A DNA stretch of 64,000 nucleotides from Squalus acanthias (GCA_030390025.1 CM059431.1:138138001-138202000), one strand, 5' to 3'; shown: positions 49,140 to 62,284, numbered from the stretch's first letter. The notes: generated by a model not told the origin, from the letters alone. Translations and numbers: made by a program.

Positions 49140-51830
49140 GTAGATTTATACGCGACACCGCCAAACAGACGAGGCAACGGAACTACGCTGCCTACATGCG
49201 CATCAAGAGCAGGAAGCTTGAGAAACTCGGCGTAACCACCAGCTACAACCAAGCCTCCCCCGGTACCACAGTTGCAACCACAGGGAAGTCCATCGTCAAC
49301 CTGTCGGAGCACACCCTTCAATCAGACGAAATCGAAGTTCTCGCCCTAGGGCTCAAGTTCTGCCCCACCACCAAAATGGACCCCATCGGTCTCGCGGCGG
49401 ACACAGAGGAATTCATCAGGAGAATGAGGATCCGGGAATACTACCACAAATCCCAAGATGTCAGCAACATTCCTAATGGGACAATCAATGATCCGGAACA
49501 GCAGACAGAGGGAACCGCAGTGCTACAACCGAGGAAGAAAGAGTCAAATTGGACCCCTCCGGAGGGTCGCAACCCTAAGCTTGACATGTATGCTCAAGCT
49601 GTCAGGAAATGCATCAACGCCAGATTCATCAGCCATACTCAAGACAGTCCAGAATGTCACCTGAGCACAACGCAACGCCATCCACGCACTCAAGACCAAC
49701 CGCAACATCGTCATCAAACCAGCGGACAAAGGAGGAGCCATCGTCATCCAGAACAGAATGGACTATTGCAAAGAAGCATACCGACAACTGGACAACCAGG
49801 AACACTACAGACAACTACCCGCAGATCCGACCAAAGAACACACCCGCCAACTCAATAGACTGATCAAGACCTTCGATCCAGACCTTAAACATCCTACGTG
49901 CTCTCATCCCATGTACTCCCCGCGTAGGAGACTTTTACTGCCTCCCAAAGATACACAAAGCCAACACACCCGGACGTCCTATCGTATCAGGCAACGGAAC
50001 CCTGTGTAAGAACCTCTCTGGGTACGTCGAGGGCATCCTGAAACCCATCGTACAGGGAACCCCCAGCTTCTGTCGCGACACTACAGACTTCTTGCAGAAA
50101 CTCAGCACCCATGGACCAGTTGAACCAGGAACACTCCTCGTCACAATGGACGCATCGGCACTCTACACCAATATCCCCCACAATGACGGCATCGCTGCGA
50201 CAGCCTCAGTACTCAACACCAACAACAGCCAATCTCCGGACGCCATCCTACAACTCATCCGCTTCATCCTTGACCACAATGTCTTCACCTTCGACAACCA
50301 GTTTTTTACCCAAACACACGGAACAGCCATGGGGACCAAATTCGCACCCCAATACGCCAACATCTTCATGCACAAGTTCGAGCAAGACTTCTTCACTGCA
50401 CAGGACCTCCAACCAACGCTGTACACCAGATACATCGACGACATCTTCTTCCTTTGGACCCACGGCGAAGGATCACTGAAAGGACTACACGATAGCATCA
50501 ACAGGTTCCATCCCACCATCAAACTCACCATGGACTACTCCTCAGAATCGGTTTCATTCTTGGACACACGAATCTCCATCAAAGACGGACGCCTCAGCAC
50601 TTCACTCTACCGCAAGCCCATGGACAACCTCACGATGCTCCACTTCTCCAGCTTCCACCCTAACCACGTTAAAGAAGCCATCCCCTATGGACAAGCCCTG
50701 CGAATACACAGGATCTGCTCAGACGAGGAGGAACGCGATGGACACCTACGGACACTGAAAGACGCCCTCGTAAGAACGGGATATGACGCTCGACTCGTCG
50801 ATCGACAGTTCCGACGGGCCACAGCGAAAAACCGCATAGACCTCCTCAGAAGACGAACACGGGACACAACCAACAGAGTACCCTACGTCGTCCAGTACTT
50901 CCCTGGAGCGGAAAAACTACGCCATGTTCTTCGCAGCCTTCAACATGTCATCGATGACGATGAACACCTTGCTAAGGCCATCCCCACGCCTCCACTACTC
51001 GCCTTCAAGCAGCCGCCTAACCTCAAAAGTACCATCGTTTGCAGCAGATTACCCATCTTTCAGGAGAACAGCAACCAAGACACCACACAACCCTGCCACG
51101 GCAACCTCTGCAAGACATGCCAAATCATGGACACAGATACCATCATCACACGTGAGGACACTACCCACCAGGTACACGGTACATACTCATGTGACTCGGC
51201 CAACGTTGTCTACCTGATACGTTGCAGTAAAGGATGCTCCAGAGCATGGTACATCGGCGAGACCATGCAGACACTGAGACAACGTATGAACGGACACCGC
51301 GCAACAATCGCCAGGCAGGAGGGTTGCCTCCCAGTCGGGGAACACTTCAGCAGCCAGGGGCATTCAGCCTCGGATCTGCGGGTAAGCGTTCTCCAAGGCG
51401 GCCTTCGAGATACACGACAGCGCAAAATCATAGAGCAGAAACTGATAGCCAAGTTCCGCGCTCATGAGGATGGCCTCAATCACGATATCGGGTTCATGGC
51501 ATGATACAGAACGTGACTTGACATCATGGCCGGTCTTCCCAGGTGTTTTTTTTTTTAAAGACTAACACAAGAACCTACACAAATTGACAGGATATGCAGC
51601 CAGCAGGTGGTTTGACACGTTGGACCCCCTGGGACACATCTCATTGTCTTGGCTGTGCTCTTTGATGTAGGGAAAGATGTGAATAGATTTTGTCTGTGTT
51701 TAAATTGTGAATTCTGGGAGATTCTCTCACTGCTAACTTACCTGACGAAGGAGCGAACTGCTCCGAAAGCTTGTAAAATTAAATAAATCTGTTGGACTAT
51801 AACCTGGTGTTGTGCGACTTCTCATTTTTG
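49140..51830 (+). mobile_element. Penelope-like retroelement (RT plus GIY-YIG endonuclease), 5' truncated and frameshifted
   Basis: ORF pieces with PGRPIVSG, LVTMDASALYTNIP, GTAMGTKFAPQYANIFM, YTRYIDDIF and VVYLIRCSKGC...WYIGET...RMNGH. The 3' terminal region contains a hammerhead motif. Confidence 0.95.
51738..51776 (+). ncRNA. Minimal type I hammerhead ribozyme motif (Penelope 3' end)
   Basis: TTAC-CTGACGA-A-GGAGC(GAACT)GCTCC-GAAA-GCT-T-GTAA: stem I TTAC/GTAA, stem II GGAGC/GCTCC, palindromic AGCT stem III. Confidence 0.75.
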
Positions 51831-51831
51831 T

Positions 51832-53145
51832 AGATTTATACAGCACAGAAAGAGGCCCTTTGGCCCATCATGTCTGCGCCGGCCATCAAGTCCTATCTAT
51901 TCTAATCCCATTTTCCAGCACTTGGTCCGTAGCCTTGTATTATATGGCGTTTCAAGTGCTCATCTAAATGCTTCTTGAATGTTGAGGGTTCCTGCCTCTA
52001 CCACCCTTTCAGGCACTGACTTCCAGATTCCAACCACGCTCTGGTTGAAAACGTTTTTCCCTCAAATCCCCTCTAAACCTCCTGCCCCTTACCTTGAAAC
52101 TATGCCCCCTGGTTATTGACCCCTCTACTAAGGGGAAAAGTTTATTTTTATCTACCCTATCTATGCCCCTCATAATTTTGAACACCTCAATCAGGTCCCC
52201 CCTCAGCCTTCTCTGCTCTGAGGAAAACAACCCCAGCCTGTCCAGTCTCTCTTCATAGCTGAAGCGCTCCAGCCCAGGTAACATCCTGGTGAATCTCCTC
52301 TGCACCCTCTCCAATGCAATCACATTGTTCCTATAGTGTGGCGACCAGAACTGCACACAGTATTCCAGCTGTGGCCTAACTCGCGTTTTGTACAGATCCA
52401 TCATAACCCCCCTCCTTGGATGGGCCCAGTGAGATCGGACAGTATGTAACCCGGGGAGGATGGGCCCAGTGAGATCAGACAGTGTGTAACCCGGGGAGGA
52501 TGGGCCCAGTGACATCAGACAGTGTGTAACCCGGGGAGGATGGGCCCAGTGAGATCAGACAGTGTGTAACCCGGGGAGGATGGGCCCAGTGAGATCAGAC
52601 AGTATGTAACCCGGGGAGGATGGGCCCAGTGACATCAGACAGTGTGTAAACTGAAGCGCTCCAGCCCAGGTAACATTTGGTGAATCTCCTCTGCACCCTC
52701 TCCAATGCAATCTCATCCTTCCTATAGTGTGGCGACCAGGACTGCACACAGTATTCCAGCTGTGGCCTAACTAGCATTTTGTTCAGCTCCATCATAACCT
52801 CCCTGCTCTTGCCTTCTTTAGCCGAGGCATAGCATCTAAGTATCCCATATGCCTTTTTAACCACCTTATCTACCTGTCCTGCTGCCTTCAGGGATCTATG
52901 TACATGCACACCAAAGTCCCTCTGATCCTCTGTCCTTCCTAGGGTCCTACCATTCATTGTGTATTCCCTTGCCTTGTTAGTCCTCCCAAAATGCATCACC
53001 TCACAATTTTCAGGGTTAAATTCCATTTGCCACTGTTCTGCCCATCTGACCAGCCCGTCTATATCGTCCCTCCTCGCTATTTACCACTCCACCAATTTTC
53101 GTTTCATCTGCCAACTTACTGATCATATCTCCTACATTCATATCT
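51832..53145 (-). mobile_element. CR1 LINE 3' fragment with internal duplication and minisatellite
   Basis: RPQLEYCVQ occurs twice; 52259-52417 is repeated at 52651-52808. Confidence 0.9.
52418..52649 (+). repeat. 40-bp minisatellite, about 6 near-perfect copies
   Basis: ggatgggcccagtgagatcagacagtgtgtaacccgggga at 52418, 52458, 52498, 52538, 52578 and 52618. Confidence 0.95.
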
Positions 53146-53999
53146 AATTGTGGTGTTACAAAGCGGGAGTTGTTGGTCAAGGAGTACAAGCGGAGGGAGA
53201 GAACAGTGCAGCAAAGACCATTGTAACTTTTAATGGAAATTGGATAAACATTTGAAGATGCGGCTCGATGGGACAGCGTGTGACGGTGAGATTAGTTTAG
53301 CTTTGTTCTGGTAAAGAGCCGGTGCAGACATAGTGGCCTGATGCTTGCATTCTGTGCAGTAAACATCCATGTCAGTAAAGGGGGAATTGATATCTCGGGC
53401 GATGCAGGAATGGGCCGCCAACAGTAGGGGCGCTATTGCCCACTGGCAGCCTGTGATTTTCCTCAGTGAAATGAGTGAAGGGACAATCGCGGGCTGAGGG
53501 CGCAGTTCCCGACAGGTGATCCCGGCCGGCGTCAGGGGCGCTGAAGTGGAAAAATCTCCAGCAAAAGGTTAAAGTGCTGTCCTGGGTAATAAAATGCCAG
53601 AACAGGCTGTGTGGGATAAATCACACCGGTCTGTTCCTATATTCCAGTGACAGCTTCTTGTTATCAAAATCAGTTCAAATCCAGATGGTCCTGTTCAGGA
53701 GATTGAAACTGTGATGGAGTGAAGCAGCCCCCAATGGTATAACAGAAATCTCCCCTGTCTCCAGGCTGGTAGGTTCCTATCCTAAAATTCGGTGCAGCGT
53801 TCTCAGCCTAGTTCTCAGAGCAACTTGGACAGAATTTCCAGCGAGGTGCCCGAACTCCCTCCATAACTTCGGCGGGAGATCAGGGGAATCTTTCATTTCT
53901 GAAGGTGGAGGGGACCAGGTTCAGGAACAACATCAACTGTTTGTGAAACTAAGAGTAGCCGTGCAATTGGAGGAGCCAGCTCAAGGATCATAGAATGAG

Positions 54000-54840
54000 T
54001 TATTATTGTGGATGATCATCGCCATCATGGCCTTGACGGAGGCCTGGCTGAGGGGTGATGACACCTTTCCCCTCAATGAAACTTCCCCACCTGGCGATAC
54101 CTTCCACCATTCGCCCTGCTCAATCCACTGCAGTGGTGGTGTAGCCCGTATCTCTAAATCACACCTTGGGCTGGCTCTCTTCTCCTCTGGTAACTTCTCC
54201 TTTGAGCATCTGGCCCTGTTCCAGCCCTCTTGCCTCTCATTCCCCCCGCGCACCGTTACCCCTGGAATCCCCAAGGATCTAGCCTGGGCTCCCTCCTGTT
54301 TCTCAGCTGCATGCTATAATACGTCAGTTTCCACATGTACACTGACGACATCCAGCTCTACCTGACCACGACCCTCTCCTTCGACCCAGTGCCTCCGTGA
54401 TATCAGACTGCTTGTCGAACAAATAATCCTGGATGAGACACAATTTCCTCCAATTAAACATTGGCAAACCGAACCATTGTCTTCACCCTGTCCCCCCCCC
54501 CACCCGCAACACACTCCATACCCTCATCATGGATTCCAGCCCCTCCCTGGCCTCTGTCTCGGGCTGAATCAGACTGATCGCATCCTCGGCTTCCTACTTG
54601 ACTGAGCTGAGCTTTCCACCCCACATCCTCTCCATCACCAAGATAGCCTAGTTCCACCTCCGTAATATCGCCCGTCTCCTCTTCTACCTCTGCTATTCTG
54701 CTGCTGAAACCATCACCTGTCTTTTGTTACCTCCGGTCCCGACGGTTCCAATATTCTCCTGGCCGGCCTCCCATCTTCCACTTTCCATAAACAGAAGCTC
54801 ATCCAAGACTCTGCCGGCTGTATCATAACCCGCACCAAGA
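54000..54840 (+). mobile_element. Deleted L2 LINE (endonuclease and RT scraps)
   Basis: IMALTEAWL...GGVA, ccccaaggatc and catgtacactgacgacatccagctctac (YxDDxQLY). Confidence 0.72.
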
Positions 54841-55771
54841 GACGGTCCACCTGCCCCACTGAGATAAACACTCTATTAGCTTTTTAAATTGTTTTTTGTA
54901 CCTGTGTATTGGCGTTTAATCATTTGTGCACTTGGACTCACAAATCTCTGCTCCTTCGACAGTTCCTACTTTCTCACCATTTAGAAAATACTCCGATTTA
55001 TCTTTCCTGGGTCCAAAGTGGGTGACCTGAGACTTGCCCACATTTAACTCCATTTGCCGCAGTGTTTCCACTCAATTACTCTCTCAATGTCCCTTTACAG
55101 CTGTGAGCTCCAGTCCCCACTACTTACTGTCCCCTGAACGGAGGGTCATCCGTGAGTTTGGATATAAAACTCTCTCTTCCTTCATCCCAGACATTAATAA
55201 ATATAGTGAAAAGTTGAGTCCCCAGAACTGAGCCCTAGGGAACATGACTTGTCACTTCAATGGTATTAAACATTGGGAGTGAAGTAACACGGGCTGCCGA
55301 CTCACCGTCACCCGTTTTACACAATCGCATGAAGTCAAGATCTACCCCCTTGTGAAATAAAAGTAAATGAGAAACAAAAACATCGCCCGTGATGTAAAAT
55401 CGATGCCAATTCGCTACCTCCTATTTTTCAACAGGTGACTAAAGTTTTCCTACATTCCAACAGTGACTACACTTCAAAAGTACTTCATTGGCTGTAAAGC
55501 GCTTTGGAACGCCCTGCGGTCCTGAGAGGCGCTTTAGAAATGCAATTCTTTCTTTCTAAAATTACCGCCATGTCTAACATTGATTAAAAAAAACCACTGA
55601 GGACATTAACATCTCCACATCATGACATTAACAATGTCTCACGTTTCAGCAACACCATGTTCTGAATGTACTGAGTCTGTTTTTGCTGTAACCTCTCATC
55701 AAAATCGGTGACCCTTCAGTTTCAATTCCTGAAGTGAACTGTCCACGACTATTTACAACTTCTATTCACAG

Positions 55772-55937
55772 CTCCAAATGCCACAATCATTGAGATGCTC
55801 CGAACGTGGGGTGCTGACCAGCTGTACAAGCTGGTGAAATTCTCCCGGGACAGACTGGAACAAGCGATGAAGAAGGGCTGGACGGTGTCATGGTGGGGTT
55901 AATCTAAGAGGAAGAACTCAGTGGATTACAACATCGG
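55772..55937 (+). pseudogene. Degenerate duplicate of the CARD-like NLR exon
   Basis: Acceptor ttcacAG and donor CATCGG|GTAAGT are intact. PNATIIEMLRTWGADQLYKLVKFSRDRLEQA aligns to 61326-61492. It is 166 nt versus 167 nt (1-nt deletion after EQA) and has a TAA in the ancestral frame. Downstream intron sequence is also similar. Confidence 0.85.
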
Positions 55938-56284
55938 GTAAGTGGCAGAAACGCAGACTGAGATTGGTTGGTTTCAGTATCTCACAAGCAGCAGGAAGCT
56001 GCAGCCCAGACATTGCTGATAATGATGTTGGAGGATAAACACATCACACTTTACTGTGAGATCCCTCTCGGTGCTATTTTAGCTCAAGGTTTATCCCCTT
56101 CAAATAAGAAAATTCCAGGGCAAGGTGATCTGAATGTGTGAAATGCTCAAATCCGCTAAAATCGCCAATGGTAATTGCTGCCTCGTGGTTTTACCCACCA
56201 CCTGCCCTGAAATCGTTTAACTCTGATCAACTATTAAACACGTTGGGGTTCACGTGCGAGGGATGATTTCTAAATTGTGATTTG

Positions 56285-56422
56285 AGTGCGGGGTCAGTGG
56301 GGGGCTGGGTCAGTGGGGTGTGCGGAGCGGGCGGGGTCAGTGGGGTGTGTGGGGCTGGGTCAGTGGGATGTGCAGGGCTGGGACTGGGTCAGTGGGATGT
56401 GCGGGGCTGGGACTGTGGGGTG
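56285..56422 (+). repeat. G-rich short tandem repeat
   Basis: Recurrent ggggctgggtcagtggg(g/a)tgtg. Confidence 0.8.
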
Positions 56423-56424
56423 TC

Positions 56425-56875
56425 AAAGAGCATCCAAGCCCTGCTCACCGATCAGCCCTGTCCTTGCGAACTTACATTGGCTCCCGGTCCCCCAGCACCT
56501 CCAATTCAAATCTCTCATCCTCGTATTTTAATCCCTTCATGGTCATGTCCCTTCCTGTCTCTGTAAGCTCCTCCAGCCCTACAATCCCCCACCACCTGGC
56601 CTCTTGTGGCATTTCACCCTCTCCTCCCCCCCCCCCCCCCCCCCCCATCTATGGCGGCTGTGCCTTCGGCTGTCCCGGCTCAATGCTCATCAATTCCCCA
56701 CCTAAACCTCTCCAGCTCCCTCCTCCTTTAGAACCCTCCGAAACTCACTGCTGTGACCAACATTCTGACCACGCCTCCTTCTACCCCCTTTAGTCTGAGC
56801 CCATCTTTTGTCGTACTTGGCTTCTGTGAAGCACCTTGCGATGTGTTTCGATGGAAATGCAAATTGTTGTTGCTG
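56425..56875 (+). mobile_element. L2 LINE 3' fragment
   Basis: ISPVLANLHWLPVPQHLQFKSLILVF, and tail gtgaagcacctt...aaatgcaaattgttgttg. Confidence 0.75.
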
Positions 56876-57985
56876 TGTGTTTATTGTAACATTGTCAGCG
56901 TGAGTGACAGAGCAGGTAACTGAATCTTAAAAACCTCAAACTTAGTTATATAAGTTAATGCCGGAGAATAACTTCAACTACAGTTTAGAGAAATTACTGA
57001 TCCTAGACTGAATCGCTTTAACATTTTCCCAGTGGGGAAAGGAAAGGACGCTGACTGAGAGTTTGATTGGACGCCCGTGTGTGGACACAGCGAGACACGC
57101 GCACAAGTGGAGAATATTCACTGTAAAACAGCAGGCAAATCTACCACTTGTATATTCATGGCCATTCCTGAGATTTTAAGAGCGCGAAGGATTTTCAAAA
57201 CATAAATGCTATGCATCACCTCACTGTTTAAAGTGACAGGATTCACAACATTACACATTACTTTTAATATTAGTGGAACAGCAGTAAATGTCCTCACCTC
57301 CTACAGTGCTCATTAGTCAGGTGCTGACAACAGGAAAGATATGGTAAATATATTCAAATAGAAACACCAACCAGGACACATCTCCATGAACACACGGACA
57401 ATTTCACAGCCCATAGAGACCAGAGGAATCGCACCCAGCTGTATATTGTGTGTGGATAGAAATCATATTCATAAAATACCAGAATTTAATATAAAAACTC
57501 AGCAAAACAAAAATGTTAAACACAAATCTGTGAATAAAAATAATACAACACCCCCAGACTGTAAAACCGAGTGGTGAATCAGGCAATTCATCAATGATCA
57601 CCCGCTCCATATTTCCCTGCAGAATATTCTCTACCTAAGGAATAAGGCTGGTTTTGGCCTGCACTGTGAGTAAATCTCACCAGTGGTCGCTCCCAGTGCA
57701 GAGTCTCGGCCGACGGACGCCCGACTGGAACTCGGTTGTGGGGATCAGCGGGACTCAAAGGATTTGCTGGGCAGCTGTCTGTCATACCTGATGTGGAGAG
57801 TTGATCGTAACACTCGGGAAATGCTCGATCCCAGAGCTAACAGCTGTTGTACTGATGGGGGAGGAGGGACTTGATATTATGTTTAACAAGTCAACGTTCT
57901 CCTTCTCATATTAATATTTCCATCTAACTCTCCTATTAATATATTTATTACAGAGCATCAGAATCTGGAAACGCCTGTCACCACC

Positions 57986-58049
57986 ATGGCTGAAGGTCCA
58001 AACAGGGGAGAAGATCCAACATCTTCAACAAGAATGAGAATGGACACAG
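57986..58049 (+). CDS. Probable NLR (NACHT/LRR) gene, first coding exon (exon begins at 57954)
   Basis: Acceptor ttattacAG at 57952-57953, strong Kozak CCACCATGG, MAEGPNRGEDPTSSTRMRMDT+G, donor CAG|GTAAGT at 58050. Phase 1 matches the exon at 61326. Confidence 0.72.
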
Positions 58050-58489
58050 GTAAGTTCCCAAAATTCTTTACAGTATATTTTCTGTCATGAAAAAGGGTCC
58101 AGATCTGGTCCAAAAACCTGCCGCTCACACAGGAAGAGGGAAAAGGACAGGGATTGAGTAGAAAGAGGGAAGTGTTTAACCATTTAGTGGGGCATCACAG
58201 TCAGAGGTGGAGGGAGTCTGAGTATTGGAACTGTCCTGGTATTGGGGACTGTAGGCTGGTTAGAGACAGTGACTCAGAGGAGAGTCTTCCTGAGCAGCAG
58301 TGTGACTCCAGGAGCAGGAGGTCACCCCGAGTGGTGCGCAGATGAGAGGAGAATGATAGAGATATCTGCTTCCAGAGGGAAGAACATCTTTGAACGGCTG
58401 TGACCTTTTCTGTGAAGGCAAGAAGAGCAGAAAATTGTCCCGGTCAAAACCAAAAACACAACCAGAAGTACATTGTTTTAAAAATCACT

Positions 58490-60485
58490 TTCTGGAAATG
58501 AGTGTCGCTGACAAAGCCAGCATTTATTGCCCATACCAAGTTAGCACCTACTTGAATCGCTGCAGTCCATGTGGTGAAGGTGCTCCCACCGTGCTGTTAG
58601 GTAGGGAGTTCCAAGGTTTTGATCCAGCGACAATGAAGGATAGGTGATGTATGTCCAAGTTAGGGTTGTATGTGACATTAGGAGAACTTGGAGGCGAAGG
58701 TGTTCCCACGCACCTGGTGTCCTTCTAGGTGGGCGATGTCGTGGGTATGGGAGGTGCTGTCGAAGATGCCTTGCTGACTTACTGGAGGGCATCCAGTAGA
58801 CCGTAATCTGCAACCACGGTAAGCCAATGGTGGAGGGAGTCAATGTTTAACCCAATGGATGGGGTGCTGATCAAGCATAATGCTTTGTCCTGGATGGTGT
58901 TGAGCATCTTCAGTGTTGTTGCAACTTCACTCGTCCAGACAAATGGAAAGTGTTCCATCACTCTCCTGACGTGTGTTATAGGTGGGGGAGAGAATTTGGG
59001 GAGCCACGAGGTGAGCCACTCACCACAGAATACCCAGCCTCTGACCTGCTCCCGTAGACACGGGATGTATGTGGCTGGTCCAGTTCTATTTTTTTTGAGG
59101 TGGGGGACTTGGTGATAATGTCATTGACTGTCATAAGATAAGAACATAAGAAATAGGAGCAGGAGTAGGCCAATCGGCCCCTCGAGCCTGCTCCGCCATT
59201 CAATAAGATCATGGCTGATCTGATCCTAACCGCCAATCTACTATCTATCACAGAACCATCTCCTGCATCTAACAGAATTGCACACACGAAATAGGAGCAG
59301 AATCAGGCTACACAGTCCCTGGGCCCGCTCCACTACCCACAGGGCCATGACCGATCCGAACCTAGACTCATGTCCAAATTCCTGCCCGCTCCCCGTAACC
59401 CTTAATGCCCTTTACTTCTAGGAAACTGTCTATTTCTGTTTTAAATTTAATTAATGTTGTAGCTTCTACAGCTTTTTGTGGCAGCATATTCCATGGACCT
59501 ACCACCCTCTGAGTGAAGTAGTTCCTCCTCATCTCAGTTTTGAAAGAGCAGCCCCTTATTCTAAGACTATGTCCCCTAGTTCTCGTCTCACCCGTCATCG
59601 GGAACATCCTCCCCGCATCCACCCGATCCAACCCCTTCACAATCTTATATGTTTCAATAAGATCGCCTCTCATTCTTCTGAACTCCAATGAGTAGAGTCC
59701 CAATCTACCCAACCTCTCCTCATATGACCACCCCCTCATCCCCGGGATTAACCGAGTGAACCTTTTTTGCACTGCCTCGAGAGCAAGGATGTCTTTCCTT
59801 AAGTAAGGACACCAAAACTGTATGCAGTATTCCAGGTGCGGTCTCACCAATACCTTGTACAACTGAAGCAATACCTCCCTATTTTTATATTCTATCCCCC
59901 TAGCAATGAAAGCCAACATTCCATTTGCCTTCTTAATCACTTGCTGCACCTGCATACTAACCTTTTGAGTTTCGTGCACCAGGACACCCAGATCCCTTTG
60001 CACTTCAGTACTCTCCAGTTTCTTGCCATTAAGATAATAAATTGCTCTAGGATTTTTCCTGCCAAAGTGTATCACCTCACACTTTCCAGTGTTGTATTCC
60101 ATCTGCCAAATCTCTGCCCACTTACTTAGCCTGTCTATGTCCCCTTGCAGGTTTTTTATGTCCTCCTCACTCACTACTTTCCCTCCCATCTTTGTATCAT
60201 CTGCAAATTTTGATATGTTACACTTGGCATGTGGCTATGGTATCTCTCGTTGGAGATGTCATTGCCTGACACTTCTGTGGTGCGAATATTATTTGCCACT
60301 TATCAGCCCAAAACTGAATGTTATCCATGTATTGCTGCATGCGGGCATGGACTGCTTCATTATTGGAGGAATTGCGAATGGAGCCGAACACACTGCGACC
60401 ATCAGCGAGCAGCCCCACTTCTAACCTTATGATGGAGCGAAGGTCACTGATGAAGCAGCTGGGAATAGTTGAGTCGAGGACGCTG
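58490..60485 (-). mobile_element. Same LINE family as 14310-15612, split by the CR1 at 59138-60218
   Basis: MEHFPFVWTSEVATTLKMLNTIQDKA and FWADKWQIIFAPQKCQ lie on either side of the CR1. Confidence 0.8.
59138..60218 (-). mobile_element. CR1 LINE 3' fragment, related subfamily, nested in an older LINE
   Basis: Open 273-aa C-terminal ORF2 (RPHLEYC, RGDLIETYKI) and 3'UTR with aagaacataagaa tail. Confidence 0.95.
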
Positions 60486-61325
60486 GCCTGGTTTGAGGCC
60501 TATATTGAGGGAATTTAAATTCAGGCAATGGAATGTAGGGTGGGGGCGGGGTGGTTAAAATGGAATTGGGTTCAAGGCCGGCGGATAATATAAAAAGTCA
60601 GGGTTTATGAAAAGTAAAGCAATAATTCAAGTTTCTATCACTGGGGATGAAGGGAGAATCTAGTTGTGGAGGATGACGTTTTGTGGAGGTATCAAACATT
60701 TCCAATAGTTTCTAAAAATGATGGTGGTAGTGCGAGAAGGTGGACTAGAGGAGGATGTGGGATCAAAGTTGGAGTTAAATGTAGGGAAGGATTTGGAGCT
60801 GAATAAATAGTCATGATGGGTAAGTGGCTGGGCCCAGAGATAACACACTCCAGGCTGTTAAATCAAATCACAGAGGAGGGAGGACAGACTCTCCACAATT
60901 GTTCAATCCGTTTTAGATACAAACAATACACTGGAGCACTGAAAGAGCCCAAGTAACGTCTCTGTTCAAAAATGGAGGAGAGAGGATAAACCGGGTAACT
61001 AGAACAGTCTACGGCAGTTATGGGCAGAATGCTCGAGTCTGTAATTTAAGGTTGAATTAGTCAATGTTGAGATACAGGGGATGATCAGGGGAGGCTGGAA
61101 TGGACTAGCTGTAGGCAAGATGTGTCTTGACAGATTTGCACGCTTTTTTTTAAAGAATGGACTGTATAGATCGATGGGATGCAGCATCTGCGGTGTATAT
61201 GTGGTTTAAGAAGGTGTTTGATAATGCGGCTCACAGGAGGTTTCAGCTGTTTGGTATAAGAGGCAATGTAGCAGCTTGGATATAAAGTGGATAATGAGTT
61301 TAATTTTCTCCATTTGTGTTCACAG

Positions 61326-61492
61326 ATCCGAACTCTACAATCACTGAGTTCTTGACAGAGTGCAACGATTACCAGCTGTTCCAGTTGACGAAATTCTACC
61401 GGGACAGACTGGAACAGGCGATTGAAGGAGGGGTGGACGGAGTCAGCTCGTTGTTAACATACGAGTGGCATTTCAGTGGACAAGAACATCGG
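61326..61492 (+). CDS. Probable NLR gene exon encoding the N-terminal half of a CARD-like death-fold domain; gene continues beyond the window
   Basis: Acceptor tgtgttcacAG, open 167-nt exon (D)PNSTITEFLTECNDYQLFQLTKFYRDRLEQAIEGGVDGVSSLLTYEWHFSGQEHR, donor CGG|GTGAGT. Resembles, from recall, the N-termini of expanded chondrichthyan NLRP3/NLRC3-like proteins. NACHT is not inside the window. Confidence 0.72.
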
Positions 61493-62284
61493 GTGAGTGG
61501 GAGGGACACAGAATGAGTTTGGATTATTTAAATATCACAGAAGCAACAGGAAATCAGATCTTAGAATCATAGAATGTTACAGAAGAAAAACAGGCCAACT
61601 AGGAAAGAAAGGATTAAAGCTGTTAATATTTTAAAACAGAAACAACAACAAAAATGTGAAAATACCCACTGGATCCATCAGTCTGTGTAAAAAGGACAGG
61701 GTAACGGGTACGATATTATCCTTTGTGGGCTGAAATCAAAGGGAACCAAGAATTTTAGCAGGTTCTCTCAAAGAGACAAGAGACAACTAGTCGGAGTTTC
61801 AGGGAAGGTCATGAGTTGAATGTCCTACAAAGTATATAAAGTAAATTGAGGAACTGAGAGATGATTTAAAGAAATCAGCTGCGGGTTAAAGGAAAGATAT
61901 TTTTATAAAATGCTAAACTAGTGAACAAGTTTTGGACCCAAACAACCCCAAAAAACCTGTGGGGGATGTCCGATTAACCGAATAGAATGATCCCAATTAT
62001 ATTGATTCAGATACCAGCGATAAATCAACCTGTTGGTTCTATGAAGATCCTCAGGATGTTCAAGCAAATTATCCAGCTACAGTTAGTAGAATCACAGGAA
62101 CTCACAGCACAGAAGGAGGCCACGTCGTGCCTGTGCTGGCTCTTTGTTTTTTAACAGCCTTCTCAACTGATTCTGCCAACTTCAAATAATTCTCTACATA
62201 AACCCCGAGGTCCCTGTTCCTTCACCCCCGTTAAAATTGTACAGTTTAGTTTGTATTGCCTCTCCTCATTCTTTCTTCCAAACA

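Noticed and set aside
52418..52649. Regular repeats resembling a CRISPR array (also 42230 and 45991)
   Set aside because: Head-to-tail units without unique spacers, no cas genes, and a eukaryotic context.
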